From a virus, in the IMG/VR virus record IMGVR_UViG_3300045988_128427: a stretch of 36,356 bases of DNA; one strand, written 5' to 3'. Under the pieces are notes generated by a model. The model ran no database searches. It had not been told where the DNA came from and saw only the letters and a list, made by a program, of their open reading frames with translations. The position numbers and the translations under genes are program-made. Of this stretch, positions 1-7,105 are shown piece after piece; within the stretch, counting starts at the first letter, position 1, and each line of letters begins with the position of its first letter.

Positions 1-130
1 TGGTGGCAATGCTTGGGTTGATGGCAATGCTCGGGTTGATGGCAATGCTCAGGTTGGTGGCAATGCTTGGGTTGGTGGCAATGCTTGGGTTAGAGGAAAT
101 GCTCAGGTTTGCGGTGATGCTCGGGTCTTT
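1..130. repeat. 18-bp tandem repeat array (ggcaatgctNNNgttNNN), distal part; same array as 36105..36356
   Basis: Direct reading shows about 7 consecutive 18-nt units. They differ mainly at codon 4 (tgg/cgg/cag) and codon 6 (ggt/gat/aga/tgc). Confidence 0.9.
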
Positions 131-352
131 TCTATTAATCATATTTTAACGATTGGTGTTATTGGTAGTCGTGACGATTTTACAACATTCTATCGTGATA
201 AAGATAATGAGATCACAGTCAAGTGTGGCTGTTTTTCTGGCAAGATTGATAAGTTTCTTGAAAAAGTAGCGCAAACGCACGGCGATTCAAAATATGCTCA
301 AGTATATAAGAAAGCTGTAGAACTTGCAAAACTGCAAATTCTCACTGGCTAA
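2..352 (+). CDS. C-terminal part of a hexapeptide (GNAxVxG) repeat protein; continues from 35952..36356 across the circular junction
   Basis: The frame is open from the window edge (codon phase starts at nt 2) to TAA at 350-352. It translates to GGNAWVDGNARVDGNAQVGGNAWVGGNAWVRGNAQVCGDARV, then a non-repeat tail ...ITVKCGCFSGKIDKFLEKVAQTHGDSKYAQVYKKAVELAKLQILTG. The phase matches the 3' partial ORF once the 55-nt overlap is removed (350 + 352 nt = 234 codons). Confidence 0.8.
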   Translation, partial: GGNAWVDGNARVDGNAQVGGNAWVGGNAWVRGNAQVCGDARVFSINHILTIGVIGSRDDFTTFYRDKDNEITVKCGCFSGKIDKFLEKVAQTHGDSKYAQVYKKAVELAKLQILTG

Positions 353-429
353 TTAAAAAAGTCCCTCAGAAGCGGCAGCTTCAAAAGGGACGCACAAAAA
401 AACTTTACATTTATGTATTTTAACAGATA

Positions 430-696
430 ATGAGTAATAAGAAAAAAAGAGATATTTCAGAAACTGCTATGGGGCTGTGGACAGGTATCTGCTTTGGCGG
501 CTGGTTGTGTAATGTTATCGAGTGCAAAGACACAGAAGCATTATTGTGTGCTGTGGCTTGGATTGTAGGACCGGCAGTAATTTTCTTCCTTGCTGGTTTA
601 TGGCAGGTAAGAAAGAAAAATAAAGCAAAGAAGCAGGCGGAGAAGTTTATTGAGAACTGGGCAAAATTTAAAATCGAGGAGGACAAGGCATCATGA
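430..696 (+). CDS. small membrane protein, unknown function
   Basis: 88-aa ORF with two hydrophobic segments (GLWTGICFGGWLCNV and AVAWIVGPAVIFFLAGLW) and a basic tail. Its stop overlaps the next start (ATGA). Confidence 0.6.
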   Translation: MSNKKKRDISETAMGLWTGICFGGWLCNVIECKDTEALLCAVAWIVGPAVIFFLAGLWQVRKKNKAKKQAEKFIENWAKFKIEEDKAS

Positions 697-911
697 GCAA
701 GGTGGAAATAGAGTTTACTGTATTAGAGGAGTTAATTAGAGACTCAGAGAAAGTCAGAGTCTTAAACAGCTTGTTAGACAATTCAAGAGAGTGCGGAGAG
801 GAGAAAATAGCACTGGACGTACTTAGTGCAGTGCTTGGTGTAGAAACGAGAGAACCGTTGACAGTAGATAAAGTTGTAGAGCTGTTTGAAGAGAAATGGA
901 AAGAGGGTTGA
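693..911 (+). CDS. hypothetical acidic protein
   Basis: 72-aa ORF translationally coupled to its neighbours. No motif recognised. Confidence 0.55.
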   Translation: MSKVEIEFTVLEELIRDSEKVRVLNSLLDNSRECGEEKIALDVLSAVLGVETREPLTVDKVVELFEEKWKEG

Positions 912-915
912 GAGG

Positions 916-1155
916 ATGCCAGTTACATATTTAAGTAAAGAGCAACAACGTGCCGCTCAGGTAAGACGGTGCTTAGGTGGTGCAATCTGTGCAAACGGAA
1001 GCTATAAAAAAGACTTAGCTAAAAATGCAGGTATGAAGTATCACACATTCTTAAAACGTCTGAATGAACCGGAAACATGCACACTTAGCGAACTGTGGAC
1101 AATTTTGGATGCGTTGAACGTTCCGGAAGAGGAAAGAAGCAAGATGTTAATTTAG
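916..1155 (+). CDS. small helix-turn-helix DNA-binding protein
   Basis: ATG at 916 is preceded by gagagg. The track ORF starts at 886, but that start would overlap the upstream gene. The KDLAKNAGMKYHTFLKRLNEPETCTLSELWTILDAL segment looks like an HTH. Confidence 0.6.
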   Translation: MPVTYLSKEQQRAAQVRRCLGGAICANGSYKKDLAKNAGMKYHTFLKRLNEPETCTLSELWTILDALNVPEEERSKMLI

Positions 1156-1168
1156 GAGGAAAGAAAAC

Positions 1169-1318
1169 ATGATGGATGAATACTTACTTGAAATGAAAGT
1201 CGGTGTCGGATGCTCTGTAAGTGCGACCTCTGCCGGACATAGAAGAGAACAGGCAAGAGAGCATGAAACGTTAGAAAGAACAATTTTAATCACCAAAAAG
1301 GAGGATACAAAATGTTAA
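1169..1318 (+). CDS. possible 49-aa ORF (below the track cutoff)
   Basis: ATG at 1169 lies after aggaggaaagaaaac. The frame is open to TAA at 1316-1318 and fills the gap between flanking genes. No homology recognised. Confidence 0.3.
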   Translation: MMDEYLLEMKVGVGCSVSATSAGHRREQAREHETLERTILITKKEDTKC

Positions 1319-1806
1319 AACTTTACGAAATCACAGGGGAATATTTGACGCTTTGTCAGATGGCAGAAGATACCGACGTGGATGCAACTGTATTTGCGGA
1401 TACTCTTGCATCTATTCAGGGAGAACTGGAAGTAAAAGCGGACAGCTATGCAATGATTATCACCAATTTGAGCGGTGATATCGAGAAAATTGATAAGGAA
1501 ATTGAGCGTTTGACACACATGAAAAAGGTGCTTAAGAATCGTACCAATCACTTAAAAAATAACCTCGAAAACGCAATGAAAATGATGGATGTAAGAAAGT
1601 TGAAAACAGATTTTCGTTCATATTCAATTCAGAAAAATCCACAGTCATTGAATATTATTGATGAGTCGAAAATTCCTGCTGAGTATTTGATTTCGCAGGA
1701 TCCGAAGTTAGATAGAACTCGACTGCTTGCAGATGTCAAAGCAAATCCGAATAAGTTTGTAGGGATTGCAGAAACAAAACAGACGGAGTCTTTGAGAATC
1801 AGATAA
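1312..1806 (+). CDS. Siphovirus Gp157-family protein (recombination-module accessory protein)
   Basis: N-terminus MLKLYEITGEYLTLCQMAED, a coiled-coil middle and the position directly upstream of ERF and SSB are typical of the Gp157 family as I recall it. Confidence 0.75.
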   Translation: MLKLYEITGEYLTLCQMAEDTDVDATVFADTLASIQGELEVKADSYAMIITNLSGDIEKIDKEIERLTHMKKVLKNRTNHLKNNLENAMKMMDVRKLKTDFRSYSIQKNPQSLNIIDESKIPAEYLISQDPKLDRTRLLADVKANPNKFVGIAETKQTESLRIR

Positions 1807-1822
1807 GGGTGAAAAGTAAAAA

Positions 1823-2440
1823 ATGGAAAAGATTTATGGAGCGATTGTCTCAATTATGGAAAATATCGGGGCAATTGAAAAAAAACGAACAGCGAAAGGA
1901 AATAAGTTTTCGTATACATATCGAGGTATTGACGATGTTTTTAATGCGTTACAGCCTTTAATGATTAAATTCAAGGTTTTTTGTTTGCCAAAGCTTAGAA
2001 ATATAGATTCGACAGTAGAGGCATCTGGAAGTTTAGTTATGAAGAGATCAATCATAACTATGGATTATCATTTTGTGTCAGCAGAAGACGGTTCTGAAAT
2101 TGTGGTATCTATTGCCGGAGAAGGCGTGGATAATGGCGATAAGTCACTAAGTAAAGCCTTTTCAACTGCATTTAAGTATGCTTGCTTTCAGCTGTTTTGT
2201 ATCCCAACAGAGGGAGAAATGAAAGATTCAGAGGAAGAATTTTTGACTGAAAAAGAAGTGGAAAAAATTCGTGTTGCATTGAAATACGCTAATAGAAGCG
2301 AGCAAGATGTCTTGAAATATTTAGCAAAAAAAGGTTCTACTGCACAGAAGATAGAGGATATTTGTTTTGATGATTACTACATGCTAATGGAGTTGCTTGC
2401 AACTTCTAAGCGAAAAGAACAGGAGGTAAAGAATGAATAA
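1823..2440 (+). CDS. ERF-family single-strand annealing recombinase
   Basis: KFSYTYRGIDDVFNALQPLM and GEGVDNGDKSLSKAFSTAFKYACFQLFCIPT match the ERF superfamily pattern. The gene is adjacent to SSB. Confidence 0.85.
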   Translation: MEKIYGAIVSIMENIGAIEKKRTAKGNKFSYTYRGIDDVFNALQPLMIKFKVFCLPKLRNIDSTVEASGSLVMKRSIITMDYHFVSAEDGSEIVVSIAGEGVDNGDKSLSKAFSTAFKYACFQLFCIPTEGEMKDSEEEFLTEKEVEKIRVALKYANRSEQDVLKYLAKKGSTAQKIEDICFDDYYMLMELLATSKRKEQEVKNE

Positions 2441-2846
2441 AGTAACATTGATGGGAAGATTAACAGCAGCACCAGAGGTTAGATACACTCCTGGCGAAAA
2501 TTCAACAGCAATTGCAAGATATACTCTTGCCGTTGACAGACGTTTTAAGAAAGAGGGCGATTCATCTGCTGATTTTGTTAGATGCGTGGCATTTGGAAAG
2601 CAGGCAGATTTTGCAGAGAAATGGCTGGAAAAAGGAACGAAAATCTGTATCTGCGGAAGAATCCAGACTGGAAGCTATACAAACCGTGATGGAGCAAAAG
2701 TGTATACGACCGATGTGGTTGTGGAAGAACATTATTTCTGTGAGAGCAAGGCAACAGGAGCGGGGACTCATTCTGCTCCGGAACAGAGACATGTGGATGA
2801 TGATGGATTTATGAACTATCCAGACGACGGAGAACTTCCGTTCTAA
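2433..2846 (+). CDS. ssb: single-stranded DNA-binding protein
   Basis: MNKVTLMGRLTAAPEVRYT...FVRCVAFGKQAEF-type OB fold and an acidic C-terminal tail ending DDGELPF. Confidence 0.92.
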   Translation: MNKVTLMGRLTAAPEVRYTPGENSTAIARYTLAVDRRFKKEGDSSADFVRCVAFGKQADFAEKWLEKGTKICICGRIQTGSYTNRDGAKVYTTDVVVEEHYFCESKATGAGTHSAPEQRHVDDDGFMNYPDDGELPF

Positions 2847-2856
2847 GGAGGGGAAA

Positions 2857-3627
2857 ATGGCAGAAGTAAAATGGATAAAAATCGTGACGGATATTTTCGA
2901 TGATGAAAAAATTTTGTTAATCGAGAGTATGCCTGAACATGATGCTATTATCGTAATCTGGTTTAAACTGCTCTGTATGGCTGGAAAGACTAATAATAGT
3001 GGGGTGTTTACCCTGAACGACAAGATAGCTTATACAGACGAAATGCTGGCAACCATTTTCAGACGACCGAAAACGACTGTACAGTTGGCACTTAAGACAT
3101 TTGAGCAATTTGGCATGATTGAAATTGTCGATGGAGTGATAACGATTCCGAATTGGGGAAAACATCAGAGTCTTGATGCTTATGAAAGAAAAAAGGAGCG
3201 TGACAGGGAAAATAAACGCAGGAAACGAGCGGAGCAAAAGGCACTTGCACAGAAATCCGACGATGTTGTCGCCCGACAGTCGCCCGACACGTCGACGGAC
3301 GGCGCAAAAAGTCGCTCCCTAGAAAAAGAGGGAGAAGAAGATAAGAAGGAGATAAGAGGGAGAGTAGAAGAGAACACCGAATTGCCCCCACCCCCTCCAC
3401 AAACAGACTATGAATGTCTTTGCCAAAAATATGGGAAGTCATTTGTTGACGAAAGGGTTACAAGAGCTAAAAAATACAGTGGCACAACAATGGCAACTGT
3501 TGCTAAATGGTGCGAAGAGGATGCAGCAGCAGGAAGAACTAAGAAAACAAAATTCAGTAATTTTCCGAACAGGGATTATGATGTCTCTGATTTGGAAAGA
3601 AAGTTATTGATGAGCAGACAGGGGTGA
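2857..3627 (+). CDS. phage replisome organizer (N-terminal domain type)
   Basis: MAEVKWIKIVTDIFDDEKILLIESMPEHDAIIVIWFKLLCMAGK...ITIPNWGKHQSLD is the characteristic replisome-organizer N-domain. A charged low-complexity linker follows. Confidence 0.8.
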   Translation: MAEVKWIKIVTDIFDDEKILLIESMPEHDAIIVIWFKLLCMAGKTNNSGVFTLNDKIAYTDEMLATIFRRPKTTVQLALKTFEQFGMIEIVDGVITIPNWGKHQSLDAYERKKERDRENKRRKRAEQKALAQKSDDVVARQSPDTSTDGAKSRSLEKEGEEDKKEIRGRVEENTELPPPPPQTDYECLCQKYGKSFVDERVTRAKKYSGTTMATVAKWCEEDAAAGRTKKTKFSNFPNRDYDVSDLERKLLMSRQG

Positions 3628-3631
3628 GGTA

Positions 3632-3886
3632 ATGAATAAAGGAAAAATTATACTTACATTTTATTTTAAAAATGGGTGCGTAATTAAGAAAAATATGAAT
3701 TTGAGCGAAATAAGCGAGAAGAAAGCAGTAGAGTTAGTAGATTCACTTTTAAAACTTCAAGATGATTTAAAAACATTTTTTAGTTCTACAACAGAAGATT
3801 TCCAGATTACTGCAGAAGGACTTACTGTAAAAGGAAGTGAGCTTATTGCACTTGATATTGAAATGGAAGAAGAGGTATCTGAATGA
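3632..3886 (+). CDS. hypothetical protein
   Basis: 84-aa ORF with RBS gggtgagg. Its stop overlaps the next start. Confidence 0.55.
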   Translation: MNKGKIILTFYFKNGCVIKKNMNLSEISEKKAVELVDSLLKLQDDLKTFFSSTTEDFQITAEGLTVKGSELIALDIEMEEEVSE

Positions 3887-4164
3887 AAATCCCGATTCCA
3901 TGCAGGTTTGGAGAACATGCCAAGTGTAACGGAAGCGGATTGCTTCTTTTTAACGGAGTGGATTGGTTCAAATGGACCGAAGGGATGGAATATACATATT
4001 TCTTTGATACAGGTAATAAATGGCATCCAGTTGAATTTTACGTGACGATGGAAAGTCGACAACCGCACGAGGTCGAGATAGACGACAGCTTGCTGGTTGA
4101 CACTTATCTCAAAGAAAGAGGTTATCCGCTTCGTGGTACTGGCTATGCGACCGGATTAAGATGA
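3883..4164 (+). CDS. hypothetical protein; the frame stays open past its TGA (see findings)
   Basis: 93-aa ORF with an ATGA overlap to the upstream gene. Confidence 0.55.
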   Translation: MKIPIPCRFGEHAKCNGSGLLLFNGVDWFKWTEGMEYTYFFDTGNKWHPVEFYVTMESRQPHEVEIDDSLLVDTYLKERGYPLRGTGYATGLR

Positions 4165-4406
4165 CAAAATAACAAAAGGTATATTGATTTCATCCTGACG
4201 AGTCACTATCTAACACATATCAAAGTGCAGTATGATGAAAAAGGGATGTACGTTCCAGGCGGGGATATCATTTATCCCCCAAGCTGGGATACAAAAGAGA
4301 AAAAAGAAAAGATACTACTGAAAACAGCGAAAATTGAGAGAGAGCAAGAGCTGATGGAGGCAGTGCAGATGAATATATTTGATTTTTTAGGAAAGAAGTA
4401 AAACAA

Positions 4407-5111
4407 ATGTTAGAGTTTGGATATTACAACATGAATTGTATGGATGGTATGAAAGAATTCCCGGATAAGTATTTTGAGCTTGCAATAGTAGACCCACCCT
4501 ATTTTTCTGGACCCGAGCGTAGAAACTATTATGGTAGAAGAAAAAGCCCAATAGGGGTGCAAAGAATATACAAAAAAATGAATAACTGGGAAGTTCCGTC
4601 GCAGGAATATTTTGAAGAGTTATTTAGAGTATCGCAAAATCAAATAGTTTGGGGATGCAATTATTTTACATATAATTTTCCACCAGGGCGCATCGTGTGG
4701 GATAAATGTAATGGGAAGAGTAGCTTTTCCGATTGCGAGATTGCATACTGCAGTTTTCATGACAGCGTGAGACTTGTTCGATACATGTGGAATGGAATGT
4801 TTCAGGGAAAGAGCATCGAAGAAGGATGGATTCAGCAAGGAAATAAAAAGCTGAATGAAAAAAGAATACATCCAACGCAGAAGCCTGTGAATTTATATCG
4901 CTGGATACTGCAGAAATACGCAATTCCGTCTGAATGGAAAATATTAGATACTCATGTTGGAAGCGCAAGTAGCTTAATTGCTTTCGCAGAAAATGGAAAC
5001 AGATTTGTGGGATTTGAAGTAGATGAGAGCATGTACAATGTGTCAAAGAGAAGAATGGAGGAGAGAAATCTTGAGAGTAACACTGAAAAATGGAGTTGTA
5101 TTAGAATTTGA
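4407..5111 (+). CDS. DNA methyltransferase, beta-class N6-adenine/N4-cytosine type (orphan)
   Basis: Motif IV IVDPPYFSG lies near the N-terminus. HPTQKPVNLYRWIL follows, and an AdoMet motif I-like ILDTHVGSASSLIAF lies near the C-terminus. No restriction endonuclease gene is adjacent. Confidence 0.9.
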   Translation: MLEFGYYNMNCMDGMKEFPDKYFELAIVDPPYFSGPERRNYYGRRKSPIGVQRIYKKMNNWEVPSQEYFEELFRVSQNQIVWGCNYFTYNFPPGRIVWDKCNGKSSFSDCEIAYCSFHDSVRLVRYMWNGMFQGKSIEEGWIQQGNKKLNEKRIHPTQKPVNLYRWILQKYAIPSEWKILDTHVGSASSLIAFAENGNRFVGFEVDESMYNVSKRRMEERNLESNTEKWSCIRI

Positions 5112-5283
5112 CTCGACCGGAATGGCGGAAGATTTCAGAGATTGTGCACGGATGGCAGAAGAAACAGATTGTGAGGATGGCAAAGATTGCAAGACATGTA
5201 AATGCAATGTAGCAGTTGGTAACGTAGGATTGTGTACAATTCCGGAAGTGGCAAAAGCATTGGAGGAAGAGACAAATGAATGA
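5071..5283 (+). CDS. small Cys-rich hypothetical protein
   Basis: The track ORF starts at 5023, inside the methyltransferase gene. TTG at 5071 follows ggaggagag and avoids most of that overlap. Contains CEDGKDCKTCKC. Confidence 0.5.
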   Translation: MRVTLKNGVVLEFDSTGMAEDFRDCARMAEETDCEDGKDCKTCKCNVAVGNVGLCTIPEVAKALEEETNE

Positions 5284-5776
5284 GTTATTTGAAATTTTAG
5301 ATGAATTATATGGAATAGAAGTACAAATGGAATCAGGAATTGATATCTTGAAAGATTTAGAAGACTTGTATATGCAGAAAGAAGCTGAAATTTGTGAAGA
5401 AACGGGCGAAATGATGAAAACATCAGAAGAAAGAAAAATAGCAATATTTTCACGAAGCTATATGGAATCAATGAGAAAAAGTTTGAGAGATGCAATCGAA
5501 CGTCTTGATGATGCTTCGGTAGGATCTTTGCGGGAAGAGCATAAAAGAGAATATTGCCAGAAAGAGATTCCCCAAAAGCCAACCTTTGATGGCGATGGAT
5601 ATGCTCCAGACGGAACGGCGGTATGGGACGAGTGGATTTGCCCATGTTGCGGAAGCAGATATGAAGTTGATTATGATGAATATGAATACTTCATCCTGCT
5701 GCGAATTAAAACAAAAGCAGGAAACGGCTTTTGTGAATCGTTTGCGTGGAAAGAATTTGAAGCAATGAGAAAATAG
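5276..5776 (+). CDS. hypothetical protein with a CxxC motif
   Basis: 166-aa ORF containing WICPCCGSRYEV. No family recognised. Confidence 0.6.
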   Translation: MNELFEILDELYGIEVQMESGIDILKDLEDLYMQKEAEICEETGEMMKTSEERKIAIFSRSYMESMRKSLRDAIERLDDASVGSLREEHKREYCQKEIPQKPTFDGDGYAPDGTAVWDEWICPCCGSRYEVDYDEYEYFILLRIKTKAGNGFCESFAWKEFEAMRK

Positions 5777-5792
5777 TACGGAGAGCAATCTA

Positions 5793-6260
5793 ATGGCAAA
5801 AAGTGAAGAAATCAGAATGAAAGAAGAATTTCTCGAACAGTATCGGAAATCTGTTGAAGAGGAACAATATCTGCTTGTAGAAATAAAAGAACTAAAGGGC
5901 GATATGCTGCAAAGTGGGATTGCTGATGGGATGCCACGAGGAAGAAGTGGACAGAGCGATTTGGCAGATTGGATTATAAGAAGAGACAAGCAATTAGAAA
6001 AGTTGACAAGTAAGCTCTGCACAGAGAAATTCAAACAATTAAAAATCAGAGAAACGATTGGAACGCTGAAAGATGCAAGAGAAAAAGAAATTCTGAAAGA
6101 CATTTATATTTACGGCTTAACATTTAGCGAAATGGAAGAGAAGACTGGAAAAGCAAGAGTGACTTTAAAAAGATTAAAAAGTAATGCTTTAGAGAAACTT
6201 GAAATTATAGCAGATGATTTAAAAGAAGTTTTAGATTATAAATGGAACGAAATGATATGA
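5793..6260 (+). CDS. ArpU/RinA-like late transcriptional activator (sigma-70 region-4-like HTH)
   Basis: GMPRGRSGQSDLADWIIRR loop followed by REKEILKDIYIYGLTFSEMEEKTGKARVTLKRLKSNALEKL (region 4-like HTH). It is the last early gene, immediately upstream of the packaging module. Confidence 0.65.
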   Translation: MAKSEEIRMKEEFLEQYRKSVEEEQYLLVEIKELKGDMLQSGIADGMPRGRSGQSDLADWIIRRDKQLEKLTSKLCTEKFKQLKIRETIGTLKDAREKEILKDIYIYGLTFSEMEEKTGKARVTLKRLKSNALEKLEIIADDLKEVLDYKWNEMI

Positions 6261-6293
6261 AATGGAACGAAATGATGTGAAATGGAACGAAAT
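6241..6293. repeat. 20-bp direct tandem repeat, about 2.7 copies (aatggaacgaaatgatRtga)
   Basis: 6241-6260 and 6261-6280 differ at one base. 6281-6293 is a partial third copy. The first copy contains the stop codon of the activator gene. Confidence 0.9.
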
Positions 6294-6298
6294 TACTA

Positions 6299-6327
6299 TT
6301 GATAGTCAAATGAGTCAGGTGTAAACT
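6299..6327 (+). promoter_or_regulatory. sigma-70-like promoter candidate (TTGATA-17-TAAACT)
   Basis: ttgata at 6299-6304, a 17-nt spacer, and taaact at 6322-6327, starting 5 nt after the tandem repeats. Confidence 0.4.
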
Positions 6328-6402
6328 ATAAGCTGTCAGAAGGGTACAAAATACTTTAACTTTTCTTTTTAAACCTAAAGTCCCCTAAATGTATTATGAG
6401 GT

Positions 6403-6476
6403 TGAAGCGTAGCTCAGTGGTAGAGCACTTGCAAGGCATCTGCAAGAGGTCGGGGGTTCGATTCCTTCCGCTGTTG
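6403..6476 (+). tRNA. tRNA-like element with a non-canonical anticodon arm (centred triplet GCA) and a weak acceptor stem; possibly a degenerate tRNA
   Basis: Canonical D arm (ta gctc agtggta gagc), AGGTC variable loop and T arm (ggggg ttcgatt ccttc). The anticodon arm is 19 nt (cttgc aaggcatct gcaag) instead of 17. The acceptor (tgaagcg / cgctgtt) has only 4 Watson-Crick pairs plus 1 GU pair. Confidence 0.45.
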
Positions 6477-6571
6477 CTCACACGTGACGGTGTGCCCACT
6501 TGTTCGGGTAATGGACAAGAGCTGGTAAGTGCTAAACTTGCATGTTTCTCTTTTCTTTACATTTTATCTAT

Positions 6572-6604
6572 ATAGCACCCGGTATTTACTGGGTGCTATT
6601 TTTA
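6572..6604 (+). terminator. rho-independent terminator upstream of the packaging genes
   Basis: 9-bp stem atagcaccc / gggtgctat (6572-6580 / 6591-6599) with additional inner pairs, followed by ttttta. Confidence 0.7.
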
Positions 6605-6637
6605 TACATAAATTTAGCAAGACAGGAAGGTGGGTGG

Positions 6638-7105
6638 ATGGCAAACTATGAAAACATAAGAGATAAAGGTTTTGATAAACGAACTACGAATGAACTACGA
6701 GTGATCGCATCAAAAGGTGGAAAGGCATCCGGTGAGGCGAGGAGAAAAAAAGCAAACTTCCGGAAAACTTTAAACTTGCTGCTTTCTGCAAAAATTGAGA
6801 ATGAGGAGTTGACTCCATTTTTAGAAAGCCTTGGTATAGACAGCACCCTTGAAAGTGCAATCAATATGGCGATGATAAAAAAAGCATTAAAAGGCGATGT
6901 AAAGGCTTATGAGGCGGTGGCACGGTTTGCAGGACAGTATGAAGTGCCAGACGAAGAAATCAGAGAGAAAGAAGCAGATATTGAGTTGAAGAGGGCAAGG
7001 AAACAGCAGATAACTGGTGAAAACGAGACGGATGAAGCGTTAGACAGACTGGATGCGATACTAAAGGAGATGCGGGACAATGCAGTTAAGCAAGAAACAG
7101 AATGA
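6638..7105 (+). CDS. terS: putative terminase small subunit
   Basis: ATG at 6638 follows ggaaggtgggtgg. The track start at 6542 runs through the terminator hairpin and is rejected. Basic N-terminus RVIASKGGKASGEARRKKANFRK. The gene sits immediately upstream of, and overlaps, the large terminase gene. Confidence 0.55.
   Translation: MANYENIRDKGFDKRTTNELRVIASKGGKASGEARRKKANFRKTLNLLLSAKIENEELTPFLESLGIDSTLESAINMAMIKKALKGDVKAYEAVARFAGQYEVPDEEIREKEADIELKRARKQQITGENETDEALDRLDAILKEMRDNAVKQETE

Noticed and set aside
353-429. Nested hairpin gtccct...agggac after the repeat-protein gene, and a TTTACA...ATAATG promoter-like string.
   Set aside because: - The hairpin has a long loop and no T-run.
- The putative -10 overlaps the ATG of the next gene.
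- Neither is convincing.
5043-6103. Long minus-strand ORFs (5043-5645 and 5468-6103), along with similar ones at 2562-3023, 19056-19610 and 20942-21256.
   Set aside because: - They are embedded antisense to tightly packed, RBS-preceded + strand genes.
- Their low-complexity Ser/Leu/Phe-rich translations are typical of spurious frames in AT-rich DNA.
6542-6637. N-terminal extension of the terS ORF (track start at 6542).
   Set aside because: - The extension is a hydrophobic nonsense peptide that runs straight through the terminator hairpin at 6572-6604.
- A good RBS (ggaaggtgggtgg) precedes the internal ATG at 6638.
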